From positions 1 through 50,937 of IMG/VR virus record IMGVR_UViG_3300036846_000860: a stretch of 50,937 bases of DNA. One strand, written 5' to 3'. Numbering within the stretch: the stretch's first letter is position 1; every line of letters starts with the position of its first letter. This stretch comes from a virus. Taxonomy: Duplodnaviria > Caudoviricetes. Below the pieces are notes generated by a model. That model did no database searches. It worked only from the letters and a program-made list of their open reading frames with translations, and was not told where the DNA came from. The translations under genes and the position numbers were made by a program. This document shows positions 1 to 9,408 of the stretch, piece by piece.

Positions 1-184
1 GAGAAACTCCCATCACGGGCATGCCGGTTGAGAACACCTGTAGTGAGTCCCGGATTGGGATCGATGCACGCAGACCCAACCCAGCCGCATACGACCAGAT
101 CATTAACTTGTTGATCACGGTCTTGGGAGCGGAAAACTCAGTAGGCAGCTGAGCGTACGACGGGAGGTGTTTATTCATCGCCTC
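1..184. repeat. Terminal direct repeat / circular assembly overlap (copy 1)
   Basis: 1-184 is identical to 50754-50937 except A128 vs G50881 (GCT/GCC, synonymous). It lies inside a reading frame that runs across the junction. Confidence 0.97.
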
Positions 185-3100
185 AGCTCGGTTACCGAGA
201 AACGACATAAACTCACCAACGGTCTTATTCATCACCTGAGACGTTACATCCGGCACTCCCCTCATATACCGTACATAGTTCTCCAAAGGGTACCTCATAT
301 TACCCAGCATATACTGACCATTCTTAGCCTTCTGCCCAATGAGCTTCTCTAATGCTTTCAACGGTTTATCTGTGTATTTTTGCGCCATCCCTTCTCTCAT
401 CATAGTGTCGATGAAGGATCCGATATGTCTCGCCTTCGGGTCGAGCTTACCCTCTTTAATGAGGCGTTCAAAGGTGGACATCTGCTCTGAGGTCTTCTTA
501 AGGGTACCATAAACTGAATCGGTGTTATAATCAAACCCACGCAGACGAGGGAGCTCATCTCTGAGATAGTTTTTGACAAGTATTCCGGTTTCATTACGAA
601 ACTGACCGAGCCACTCGTCAAGTTTTTGCAGTTTTGGAAGGTCACTCTGATCAAGTCCAAGTTGCTTGGCCATCTCTGGCCAGTGCTTGGGATCAGTGGC
701 GAGTACGTCGAAATAAGCATATTGTTTCTGGCCCAACCCCTTCAACGCCTCTGCCGCACTACCATACTGTCGCTCCATCCATTCCGATCCTGTTCGGAAG
801 GCATCATCGACATCTTTCCAGCGGTCGTAGATGGGAAGTCTCATACCGTGTTTTGATAACGCGTCGTTAACGCGTGTGTGGAGGTCTCCCACCCAAGGCT
901 CCATTGGGCGGAACAACCCTGAGATGGCCGTCCAACCGGACCACTCAGTCTTTGGAGGTTCGCTAGTCATAATCGGGCGGTTGACGCTCTCCCCGTTGCG
1001 AGGTACGAACGGTCCACGTACCCCACGCGCCTCCGCCCATAACGTCTCACTCGGTGCCCATTCGGTCCCGTCGCGCTTCCCGAGTCCGTCGACGAAGCTT
1101 TTATAGTCACCGAACACTTTCTCTGTACCGCGATCAATCCCCTTCCAGGTCTTGCTTGCTGGGTCGTAAAAATAATCCGATAACAAATCCTTCGTTGAGG
1201 TTGTTAACTCCCAAGCTTTATCTCCGGTAGTTCGCCAAACCAAGTCCTGCATCTTACGTTGGAGTACCCTCCCAGGAGCTGTATCCATCGCTTTTGTTGT
1301 TGCTTCAAAAATCGAAGTTGCCCGGTCGTGTACCATCTTAAACACATCGTCAACCGTCCCGTCCATAAAGACCAGTTCACGAAGTGCGTTTGCATCACCC
1401 ATTCGTATCGCAGTTGCGGCGTGGACGAAAGCCTCCTCCACCCCATGCGCGATTGAACTACCACGGTACGTCGATATCCTACGTAATCCTTTACCAATAG
1501 AATACGCTGCAGCGTTATCATCCGCCTGCATGATATCCTCAACACCAGGGACGTGGTATTTATCGACGTGCAAGCCTTCGTGGTAGATCGTTCCTCGTCT
1601 CACCCCTTCCGGATACGCCATCACGGGTCGCCCCTCTGCTCCAGCCGGAGGTTCCTGTTCAACTCCCATCCGTTCGAGGATATGACCCAACGAACCGGGC
1701 TCTCCCGTTATCGCGGTGGCACCAGGCAGTACAGTAATAGAATCACTAACGCGTACAGCAGTATAGCGAGGGCGAACACTGATGACGACTCGGCGAGGTC
1801 CATACGGAGTTTGATGTACTTCAAACCTTTCTGAATCCGGGATAGAGTTTTCGACATGAGTCCAATCTTTAGACTCAGCCTGTACTTCAGGCGTTGTAGT
1901 TCCAATATCCTCAAACCGTTGACGACCAAATCTTTCAGGCTCATGTTCGCCAATCTCCTGTTGGCGTAACTGTTCTATCTCACCCGGCGTCTCACCCGGT
2001 TCGATGTGTTCAACCTCGCTTAACTCTTTGGGGCGTTTCCACTGCTCGGGGATCATATCGCCGAGCTCCCAGTTTGACACTCGCTTTGCAATCTCCTCCT
2101 TTGCGGTGTCGGGTAGGTCCTTATTCCACAACGCGTTGACATCACGTGTCACCGACATCATCGCACCTTTTGATAACTCATGTCCCTCTTCATCCTTCAA
2201 CTGCTTAACACCGTTAACGATCTCGTTCATGCCGGGCTTTGCGCGATGAGGGTCTTGCACAACCATTTCGCTGTCGGAGACGGCAACAGTACCCTTCCCG
2301 TCGAGATGATCCTCAACCGCGATGGAAGGAGCGTGGCCAGTAGCGGTACGAATGACCCGAACGCCTTCGTACTTCTCCGCTCCCTCATCAGCGCTTGCCC
2401 GCATGAAGCGTTGCAAGACCTCGTTGTAGTTGGGAGGGTGCATTAAACCATCAACCGCACCTCCAGCTCGGGTGTAAGCCAATACCTCCTTAACCGCCGC
2501 CTTCTCCATTCCGGGTTGTACCTTAATCGTGAAGGGCTTTCCTTCGCCGTCGTGACCCAGTACGGAAAGCCCTTTCGCGGTGGGCTCCTCTTTGATGAAT
2601 TGAGGTCTACCCTCAGCACGCGACTCTTGTACATCCTTCTGAACCGACTTCGCGATCTCGTTATCGATCTCGGGAGGGATGTCTACCTTCTCACCGGACA
2701 GTACAGACTTAACGATGTTGTCGACGTCCTTCGCTGGGATGCCACGTTTGATGAGTTTGCCGGCTAAACCGAGTGCGCCCTCAAAGGCGAGACCGGTACC
2801 AAAGCCCTTAACACCAGCTGTTAACCTCGAACCTTCATTCGCCGTCGCCGATTCAAACAAACCAAAGCTCAATCCTCCTCGCAAGAGTTTGGCTGCGAAG
2901 GAGGCTGTTTCAATCCCCGTCGCTTCGAGTGTGGCTCCCCCCGTTTCCGCTGCAAGTGCAAATCCGGGTAGTTGGCCGGCAAATTCACCCGCGTAGGACG
3001 GTAGAACGCTTGCTCCTTCACGGCGGGCTTTGACGTTGAGGTACTCTTCTGCTTTTCCAAGGGCCTTGGGGATGCGCCTAGCAGTTTTGTCGCCAGGGAA

Positions 3101-3367
3101 AATAGTAGGGAGCGGAGTACTGAGGGCATGTGCAAATCCCGTAATCGCTTGCGCCGCCGGCAACAACGTGCGTGAGGTCGGGTCCATCTTAGGTCGTTCT
3201 GTGTTTGTTTTGAACGAATTCCACGCGGCGACTGGGTTATCACCATGCCCCAACCGAGGCTTGACCACCGTGTCGAAGTAGTGCTGCCGCACCTGATCAT
3301 AGAGCTCCGCCGGCATGTTAGGATCGAACTTAGCAGCCAGCTCGTTGAATGGGGTTGGGTCTGCCAT
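1..3367 (-). CDS. Large internal virion/ejection protein, N-terminal part (about 1451 aa in total, continues across the junction to 49765)
   Basis: ATG at 3367 overlaps the upstream stop (TAATG) and reads MADPTPFNELAAKFDPNM... The frame is open to the window edge and in frame with ORF 49765..50931. It is the last of three genes after the tail genes and contains IYHEGLH. Confidence 0.8.
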   Translation of the reverse strand, partial: MADPTPFNELAAKFDPNMPAELYDQVRQHYFDTVVKPRLGHGDNPVAAWNSFKTNTERPKMDPTSRTLLPAAQAITGFAHALSTPLPTIFPGDKTARRIPKALGKAEEYLNVKARREGASVLPSYAGEFAGQLPGFALAAETGGATLEATGIETASFAAKLLRGGLSFGLFESATANEGSRLTAGVKGFGTGLAFEGALGLAGKLIKRGIPAKDVDNIVKSVLSGEKVDIPPEIDNEIAKSVQKDVQESRAEGRPQFIKEEPTAKGLSVLGHDGEGKPFTIKVQPGMEKAAVKEVLAYTRAGGAVDGLMHPPNYNEVLQRFMRASADEGAEKYEGVRVIRTATGHAPSIAVEDHLDGKGTVAVSDSEMVVQDPHRAKPGMNEIVNGVKQLKDEEGHELSKGAMMSVTRDVNALWNKDLPDTAKEEIAKRVSNWELGDMIPEQWKRPKELSEVEHIEPGETPGEIEQLRQQEIGEHEPERFGRQRFEDIGTTTPEVQAESKDWTHVENSIPDSERFEVHQTPYGPRRVVISVRPRYTAVRVSDSITVLPGATAITGEPGSLGHILERMGVEQEPPAGAEGRPVMAYPEGVRRGTIYHEGLHVDKYHVPGVEDIMQADDNAAAYSIGKGLRRISTYRGSSIAHGVEEAFVHAATAIRMGDANALRELVFMDGTVDDVFKMVHDRATSIFEATTKAMDTAPGRVLQRKMQDLVWRTTGDKAWELTTSTKDLLSDYFYDPASKTWKGIDRGTEKVFGDYKSFVDGLGKRDGTEWAPSETLWAEARGVRGPFVPRNGESVNRPIMTSEPPKTEWSGWTAISGLFRPMEPWVGDLHTRVNDALSKHGMRLPIYDRWKDVDDAFRTGSEWMERQYGSAAEALKGLGQKQYAYFDVLATDPKHWPEMAKQLGLDQSDLPKLQKLDEWLGQFRNETGILVKNYLRDELPRLRGFDYNTDSVYGTLKKTSEQMSTFERLIKEGKLDPKARHIGSFIDTMMREGMAQKYTDKPLKALEKLIGQKAKNGQYMLGNMRYPLENYVRYMRGVPDVTSQVMNKTVGEFMSFLGNRAEAMNKHLPSYAQLPTEFSAPKTVINKLMIWSYAAGLGLRASIPIRDSLQVFSTGMPVMGVS

Positions 3368-4788
3368 TAGATCGGTTCCTTTGCCGCCGTACGCATACGT
3401 TTGATTGTATCACCAATCTTGTCGAGAGTGCTCTTCTTTGAAGGCTGAGCTTTACCTGAAAACTTATCGACGGTACCTTTCCCTTCATCCGACAAGTGTG
3501 GGCTGAACTCGAGGTTAGTACCGCCGGTGAGGAAATGCCAAAAGGAATCAACCTCCTTCACATCCATATTGAGTGCGGTGGCAGCCTTTATCTGCGCCCC
3601 CTTAAGTAGGTCAGGAGGGATGTTGCCACCCATCTTTTTAAGCTCCACGAGATCCTTAAATGACTGAAGATCGGCCTTCGACTGTTCAGAGAGCGCTTTG
3701 TTTGCCTCCACCGCAGTTGCCCTCTTAGCAATTTCAATTTCCTTCGCATAGCGTAACTGCTCCATCCCAAGCCGAGCTTGTTCTAACCCTAGCTGTTGGA
3801 CAGCGATTGGTTTAAGCCCGGTAGGCATTGCGTTCTCGAGTCCACCTGCTGTCGCAGCTCGCATGACGCTACCGATACGACCTGGAGGCACCCCCATTTG
3901 GATGAGGTGTTCTCCCAACGTAGCTTGATCTGCCATCTCACTGAACGTGTAAGGTTTAACCTGAGCGCGTAGATCAGCAGGCACCTGTCCCCCGCTAGCT
4001 AAGATATCCCCCATTCGATAAGCGGAGGCTGGGTCTGTTAACCGGCCAGACGTAACCAACGATTCCCCAATTCGTTGACCTCTCGCAGCCCGTTCAGCAT
4101 CACTCTCATGCCCCGCCATGATATCGAACATCCCCTTCTTTTGGGTGTCCGTCATTGCGTTCCACTTCTCAAACTCAACGTTGATTGGGATGTTCCCCAT
4201 CGCCATTAACCGCCCGCGTGCTTGGTTGTCACCCTGCATCGCCTGACCGCGCAGACCCTCAATATGCAGTTCGTTGTTCGCCTTCTCCTGGTCGGTAGCA
4301 GCCTTCGTCGACATCATCTGACGAGCTCGTCCGGCTAAAACATTCATATACTGCCCCATCATTTCACCGGGAGATAACGCCTTACCCGAGCTGGTAATTC
4401 GGTTGTGAGCATCAACCGCTGACTTGACATAGTCGGGAGAACCAGGTTGCGCTTCCATCGGTTTGGGTTGACCCTTCATCATCGACATCGGGTCAGCGAC
4501 AGTTTTCCCATCCCGTTTGTTGGCGATCTCGGTGTCGTAGAACGCTCGGAGAGTTTCGTCATCGGTAGCGATTGGTAACTTGGACTTCTTCACCATCTTA
4601 CCAAACGCCTTGACGTCGATCGGAAACCCGCTCTGCGCGAGAGTGATAGCCGACTGTAACTGCTCACCTGCTTGCGCCTGTTGGTGTTGTTTGATCGATA
4701 AAAACCGACCGACGAAGTCAAGTACACTATCACTCTTACCGAGGTAGGAAAGAGCACTTTGAGGTTGAGGTGTTCCTGGTTGTCCCAT
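3367..4788 (-). CDS. Putative DNA ejection/internal virion protein (473 aa)
   Basis: Helical, Ala/Gln/Gly-rich; middle gene of the three that follow the GNAT, as in podovirus ejection-protein clusters. Confidence 0.6.
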   Translation of the reverse strand: MGQPGTPQPQSALSYLGKSDSVLDFVGRFLSIKQHQQAQAGEQLQSAITLAQSGFPIDVKAFGKMVKKSKLPIATDDETLRAFYDTEIANKRDGKTVADPMSMMKGQPKPMEAQPGSPDYVKSAVDAHNRITSSGKALSPGEMMGQYMNVLAGRARQMMSTKAATDQEKANNELHIEGLRGQAMQGDNQARGRLMAMGNIPINVEFEKWNAMTDTQKKGMFDIMAGHESDAERAARGQRIGESLVTSGRLTDPASAYRMGDILASGGQVPADLRAQVKPYTFSEMADQATLGEHLIQMGVPPGRIGSVMRAATAGGLENAMPTGLKPIAVQQLGLEQARLGMEQLRYAKEIEIAKRATAVEANKALSEQSKADLQSFKDLVELKKMGGNIPPDLLKGAQIKAATALNMDVKEVDSFWHFLTGGTNLEFSPHLSDEGKGTVDKFSGKAQPSKKSTLDKIGDTIKRMRTAAKEPI

Positions 4789-4790
4789 AT

Positions 4791-5243
4791 TTATCCTGGA
4801 GCCATCCCACTGATTAACTTCGCTGCGAGGTTGAATCCAAACTGATTACCAGACCCGGTTGTCGTTCCCGACCCCGACGCCATCGAGATAATTTCCCCCA
4901 ACGCTGCTAGCTGGTCGGAGATTCCCGTTTGGGTGAACTGTGCGATTTGGGTACCTAACGCAGTTGATTGATCGGTTGTGAACTTACCGATCGAGCGAGC
5001 GATGTCGGTTGAACCAGCCATCCCACTCGCAGCGAACGCGTTTTTGATTGCGCCGACACCATACGCGGTACTGGTTTGACTTGACTTCGTGAGCGCGTCA
5101 ATTCCCGTTTGGGTAGCAGTGCCTCCGCCAACACCCCGCAACCCACTAACGAGTGTTGAAGTTAGTTGAGGTAACAACCCGGTTAAGGGAGTACTCGACG
5201 TAGACTTACTTGAAGAGTGCCCTCCGCCAATGCCAAAGCTCAT
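4791..5243 (-). CDS. Putative small ejection/pilot protein (150 aa)
   Basis: Gly/Ser/Thr-rich with N-terminal GGGHSSSKSTSST; position after the GNAT is typical of podovirus pilot proteins. Confidence 0.6.
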   Translation of the reverse strand: MSFGIGGGHSSSKSTSSTPLTGLLPQLTSTLVSGLRGVGGGTATQTGIDALTKSSQTSTAYGVGAIKNAFAASGMAGSTDIARSIGKFTTDQSTALGTQIAQFTQTGISDQLAALGEIISMASGSGTTTGSGNQFGFNLAAKLISGMAPG

Positions 5244-5797
5244 ACCAACCTCGCGCGGAAGTTTTCATACTCCCGTTCCAATACACCGTAGATGTGAGTC
5301 GCGTAGTAACGTCCTTCGTATTTGAAGTTCTCTCGGATTTCACCCTCAAACTTCATCCCCACGCTCTGCGCGAAGCGGATCGCACGTTGGTTGTTGGAGG
5401 GGATAAACCCAACCACATGATGAACCTTACGTTGGTAAAATAGGTAGTCAAACAACTCCGCGGCTGGTTGACGTTGCTTGTGGAGGTCGAGAGAGTGATC
5501 CCAAACAACGTAGTGGATGTCCGCGCTCCCGCCCTCGATCGCTTGGTTGATCACGACAAGGGCGGAGTTCCCAACGGTGTAAAACTCATTGTCGGTGTTG
5601 GCAAATTGCGCGAGGAAGAAGTCAACATTCCCCCGTGTGAAGTCGTCAAAGACATTCTCACAGTCCTGCATTTGGTCCCATATCCACTTCAAGCGCTGAG
5701 CACTGACAGTGTTTTCAGTCAGCCGGGTTAGATAACGAAACCCTGCAAAGCTACGGTTGCCACGTTGCACTTGAAGAACGCTTGCGTTGTTGTCCAT
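5240..5797 (-). CDS. GNAT (RimJ/RimL-like) acetyltransferase
   Basis: C-terminal GFIPSNNQRAIRFAQSVGMKFEGEIRENFKYEGRYYATHIYGVL matches the RimJ/L GNAT signature; GAGG SD before ATG 5797. Confidence 0.85.
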   Translation of the reverse strand: MDNNASVLQVQRGNRSFAGFRYLTRLTENTVSAQRLKWIWDQMQDCENVFDDFTRGNVDFFLAQFANTDNEFYTVGNSALVVINQAIEGGSADIHYVVWDHSLDLHKQRQPAAELFDYLFYQRKVHHVVGFIPSNNQRAIRFAQSVGMKFEGEIRENFKYEGRYYATHIYGVLEREYENFRARLV

Positions 5798-6063
5798 GAT
5801 GTTTTCCTCGACGCGTAAATTATCGCTGCTTGGTCCAGCGACGCTACTAATATTCCTGTTGGCACTCTACCTAGCGTATGTGTTACGGTGAACTCGACGT
5901 TAGCTCCTGGAGTGGTAATATTCACCCACGAACCCGACATGTTAATCGGACCGGTAGCGGGAGAGCCAAACTCTAACTGACCGTTGACAGCTCGTGCGAT
6001 ACGGATCATCCGATCTTGTAAGTGCGCGGGAGTGTTGTTTGTTACAGCCTGTTCTACCTTCAT
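5728..6063 (-). CDS. Small tail-associated protein (111 aa)
   Basis: Coupled ORF in the tail operon; VTHTLGRVP beta motif common in phage tail proteins. Confidence 0.55.
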   Translation of the reverse strand: MKVEQAVTNNTPAHLQDRMIRIARAVNGQLEFGSPATGPINMSGSWVNITTPGANVEFTVTHTLGRVPTGILVASLDQAAIIYASRKTSWTTTQAFFKCNVATVALQGFVI

Positions 6064-7208
6064 ACTCTATTAACCTTCTCACCCTTATCCTCAAGCTCGG
6101 GGTAAAACCCAATCATGTTTAGTGCGCCAGCGTTAGCTGCACGACTAACTTGAAGAAAGATCATCTCTCCCGAGATCTGTAAATCAGCAGCAGCTGAGTA
6201 CTCCCCCGACCCCATTGTAACATCCCCGATCGTGATCGTACTCTGTACGAAGTCAACAATCTTATTGCCGAGTGGGTCGTATCGAATTGAGCTCGCGGTG
6301 AATGTTATTGTACACACCCCGATGTTTTCATACAACACCCATACCCTCCTCAACACCTTCTCATACCCCAACGAGTTCCAGATTGGGTTGTTGAATTGGA
6401 GGTTGCTGGCGAGTTCCGAGTTGAAGTTTGTTGGATCGACAAGGTACGTTTGGGAAGGGGAGCCCTCAAACCCTAACAAAAAATTACGCGTAGTGTTCTG
6501 TAACGCGTTATCCTCAACAAACAAAATCCCAATCACCGCTGCGGGAATTACAATACTAAACGGTCCAGCGATGTTGGTGGTGATCGTAACCGTTCCATTA
6601 TCAGGACCGGATACACTCGGGGTGACCTGAAAGCTGAGGGTGGTATTCGCTCCATTCGCTAGCGTGATTGGGAAAGTGGGAGCACCCCCACTAAACGCGT
6701 AGTCGGGATTGGAGAAGGCCGCTCCCGTTAACTGGATTGAAACGCCCGTGTGGTTGGTAATTACGACGTTTAAAGGACCGTTAACGGTGTTAATCACCGT
6801 CGGAACAAAGTTCAACGCAGCGGGAACTACCGTAATGTTGGTGGTAATTCCGTTTGCTTTTAATGAGCTACTCGGACTATTAAAATTACTATGCGCTTGT
6901 ACAATACCGGTAAGTGGTCCTGCCCCGGGAGCAGTACATACAACCTGGAATGTTACCTGCGAACCGTTGGAGGGTAGTGAGTGGGGGAAGGAGGGTAAAC
7001 CCGAAAGTGAAAACCCAGCCCCCGAAATAGTCACAAGCGTTAACGAACACGGTGAGCTTGTGTTAGTGTGGTAGGTAACGGTTACGTCAAGAGTTGTTGG
7101 AGTACCGGTAGGAATATTACCGAAATCAACAGTCGACGGGAATAGCTGTATGTCAGAAAAAGTTGGTGGCCGTCCACCATTTCCATCAGGTAATACGCCG
7201 CCAGGCAT
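6060..7208 (-). CDS. Tail protein with two Ig-like (ASH/choice-of-anchor D type) domains plus a C-terminal nozzle-like segment
   Basis: Two repeats, VDFGNIPTGTPTTLDVTV...FQVVCT and LNFVPTVINTVNGPLNVVITN...FQVTP, followed by a YEKVLRRVWVLYE...GEMIFLQV segment. Confidence 0.55.
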   Translation of the reverse strand: MPGGVLPDGNGGRPPTFSDIQLFPSTVDFGNIPTGTPTTLDVTVTYHTNTSSPCSLTLVTISGAGFSLSGLPSFPHSLPSNGSQVTFQVVCTAPGAGPLTGIVQAHSNFNSPSSSLKANGITTNITVVPAALNFVPTVINTVNGPLNVVITNHTGVSIQLTGAAFSNPDYAFSGGAPTFPITLANGANTTLSFQVTPSVSGPDNGTVTITTNIAGPFSIVIPAAVIGILFVEDNALQNTTRNFLLGFEGSPSQTYLVDPTNFNSELASNLQFNNPIWNSLGYEKVLRRVWVLYENIGVCTITFTASSIRYDPLGNKIVDFVQSTITIGDVTMGSGEYSAAADLQISGEMIFLQVSRAANAGALNMIGFYPELEDKGEKVNRV

Positions 7209-8374
7209 TATGCCACCGCCACATTCCCGATACAGCGCAACGCGCCATACGGGAGTTGTTCGTTAATCCAAGTGTTGTCGTCGAAGTGATAGATCCACAC
7301 TGACGTAGTTGTATCATTGTTCTGCGGGATTGCCAACCAGTAGGTTAGATAATCGATGTAGTTACCAAACGTCCCAACCATCTGCCCGAATGGTTGACTC
7401 GACTGCGCTGCGAGGTCTTTGAAGATTGAACGTCGAGCGTTGGTACCGATCGGTTGAGGAGCGGATCCCGTAAACATATAAACGTTGTCAGCAGAAACAA
7501 AACACGCCAACGCTCCGTAGGATGAAAGCGTGAATGGGATGCTACACCCAACTCCAACTGGACCGACTGAATACGATTCGATAAAGAATGGGATTACGTC
7601 GCTCCCCGTCGCCGACATTGGTGTAATACCAGCCTGACGGAAAATAAACCCGGTTTGGTTGATTGTCACAAACCCGGAGATTTGATCTTCAACCTCTGGG
7701 ATTGTCAATACCCCAGCGGTCTCATCCACCGAACTATCCCACTCGAACGGGTTGTTAACAGCGCACCAGCGTACGCGAGAAGGGTATGGAGTTGATCCTG
7801 CGACGCCTGGATAAGGTTCAACTGTATAAAGAGCGAGGAGGCGGCTTGCGAGTTTACCCAAGAAAAAACACGCTCCCGGGAAATCCCCAATCGGGTTGAG
7901 ATCGGGTATTGGAGGAGTGAACATCGGTCCAACCGGATATGCGCGACCATCTCCTTTATGCATCGTCAACGGGATATACCCGTTACTGAAGAATGCTTGG
8001 TTTTGGTAAATCTGGTATGAGAATAAGTTAGATCCATCATACACCGGATATGCATCATTCCAGAACGCGTTCGGGGAAAGGATTGGTGTCGGAGGACTTA
8101 CCTCCTTAATCCCACGTTTCGTCAACAAGATCGTATGCCAGTTCGCTTGCTGGTCGAGGTATGTAATAGGCTGCATCAACACCTCGTTAAACGAAAGCAT
8201 TGGCGCCCAGGGAGGCCACAACGAGTTCTGGGGTGCGGCGACGATCCGGTTGTCACGTAACAAAAAGTTCGTGATCTTCTTGAACGAGTTCGCCGGCGCG
8301 AAGAGAGAAGGCATATAGTCATTCCATCCTCCCCACGGCGGTATCATATTTGGATCGCGTCGATACATTATCAC
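7208..8374 (-). CDS. Tail nozzle/DNA stabilization protein (P22 gp10-like beta-propeller)
   Basis: N-terminal PPWGGWND, RVRWCAVNNPFEW, GVGC..PF, YMFTG..PQPIG, WIYHFDDNTW: pattern of podovirus nozzle proteins; lies after the adaptor. Confidence 0.65.
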   Translation of the reverse strand: MIMYRRDPNMIPPWGGWNDYMPSLFAPANSFKKITNFLLRDNRIVAAPQNSLWPPWAPMLSFNEVLMQPITYLDQQANWHTILLTKRGIKEVSPPTPILSPNAFWNDAYPVYDGSNLFSYQIYQNQAFFSNGYIPLTMHKGDGRAYPVGPMFTPPIPDLNPIGDFPGACFFLGKLASRLLALYTVEPYPGVAGSTPYPSRVRWCAVNNPFEWDSSVDETAGVLTIPEVEDQISGFVTINQTGFIFRQAGITPMSATGSDVIPFFIESYSVGPVGVGCSIPFTLSSYGALACFVSADNVYMFTGSAPQPIGTNARRSIFKDLAAQSSQPFGQMVGTFGNYIDYLTYWLAIPQNNDTTTSVWIYHFDDNTWINEQLPYGALRCIGNVAVA

Positions 8375-9159
8375 CCCACGTTGGTGTAAGAACGTTTCGG
8401 TTGACGAGGTTGGATGTTGTAATCCATATTCCCCGACATTACCTGCCTGCGTGTTAATACTTGTGCGATTAACCCCGGGACCTGTTTACCGGTTTGCGGC
8501 ATTGTGAATCCGAACAGTAACTGTTGAATTGATTGCGCCTTCTCAGGTTCACCTAACGCGATATGCCCACGCATCATCGCGCCGTAGTCGATGATCTCCA
8601 ACCAGTCGTCACCAACCAACAATACGCTCGCGCCGATATCAGCAGCGCCTTGGTTGGTGTAAGGAGGTGTAACACTATCCTGACCAATCGTCTGTTGAGG
8701 TTTGAGGAAGTAGTCAAGTATGTAAGTATATACCGTTGTATCAGCGTAAGGACGTACGAATATATTTTGCCCAAACATCGCTGTGATTGCAGGAGGACCA
8801 ACCGCGGCGAGAGGATTAGTAACCGGGATTGTTGCTTGGCTAGCTGGGTAGCGACGTAGGTAATCAATGTTTTTCCAACTCGTCTTAATCGCGGTTCCGT
8901 TGGGGTAGTAGAACTTAATCGAGTCAATCCCGCGAGTTTGAGGAGGCCAGGAGATACTCTCCATCCCAGTCTGCCACTGACCCGTCACCGTCTCCTGCGC
9001 ATCGTCGAAGTCGTACGTCATCCCGATGTTTAAATACGACGCCCAGATCCAGTTGTCGATACGGGAGGGAGCTCCTGCCGTTCCCAATGCGGAGATGTCA
9101 GCTCGATTACCCAACTCGAGTAAAACGTTCTGCCGTCGGTTTGCAAGTATGTCTGTCAA
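8371..9159 (-). CDS. Head-tail adaptor protein (putative)
   Basis: N-terminal helix VLLELG...IDNWIWASY, then GPPAITA, FVRPYAD, EIIDYGA; adaptor-like layout directly upstream of the nozzle. Confidence 0.6.
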   Translation of the reverse strand: MTDILANRRQNVLLELGNRADISALGTAGAPSRIDNWIWASYLNIGMTYDFDDAQETVTGQWQTGMESISWPPQTRGIDSIKFYYPNGTAIKTSWKNIDYLRRYPASQATIPVTNPLAAVGPPAITAMFGQNIFVRPYADTTVYTYILDYFLKPQQTIGQDSVTPPYTNQGAADIGASVLLVGDDWLEIIDYGAMMRGHIALGEPEKAQSIQQLLFGFTMPQTGKQVPGLIAQVLTRRQVMSGNMDYNIQPRQPKRSYTNVG

Positions 9160-9398
9160 AACGTTAACTCCTCTGGGTCGATGAATACCTCAGGTTTGTC
9201 AGTACGACCTTCCTGATCGTCGGATAGAATCTCCGAGATGGTTTGTTGACGGTAGTAATTCGAGAGATCATCCCAACATCCATGACATCGACACAACTTC
9301 AACCCGAGCTGCATCGACAACATACTTATAGGGTGAGGGAAGCCACACCTATCGCAGAAGTCCCATTCCTGTCTCCAAACACCTTGCCAGCGTGGCAT
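9156..9398 (-). CDS. Small Zn-finger protein (CDRC...C.CHGC)
   Basis: CDRCGF and CRCHGCWD motifs; AGGGGAG SD. Confidence 0.7.
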   Translation of the reverse strand: MPRWQGVWRQEWDFCDRCGFPHPISMLSMQLGLKLCRCHGCWDDLSNYYRQQTISEILSDDQEGRTDKPEVFIDPEELTF

Positions 9399-9408
9399 AA
9401 AATCTCCC

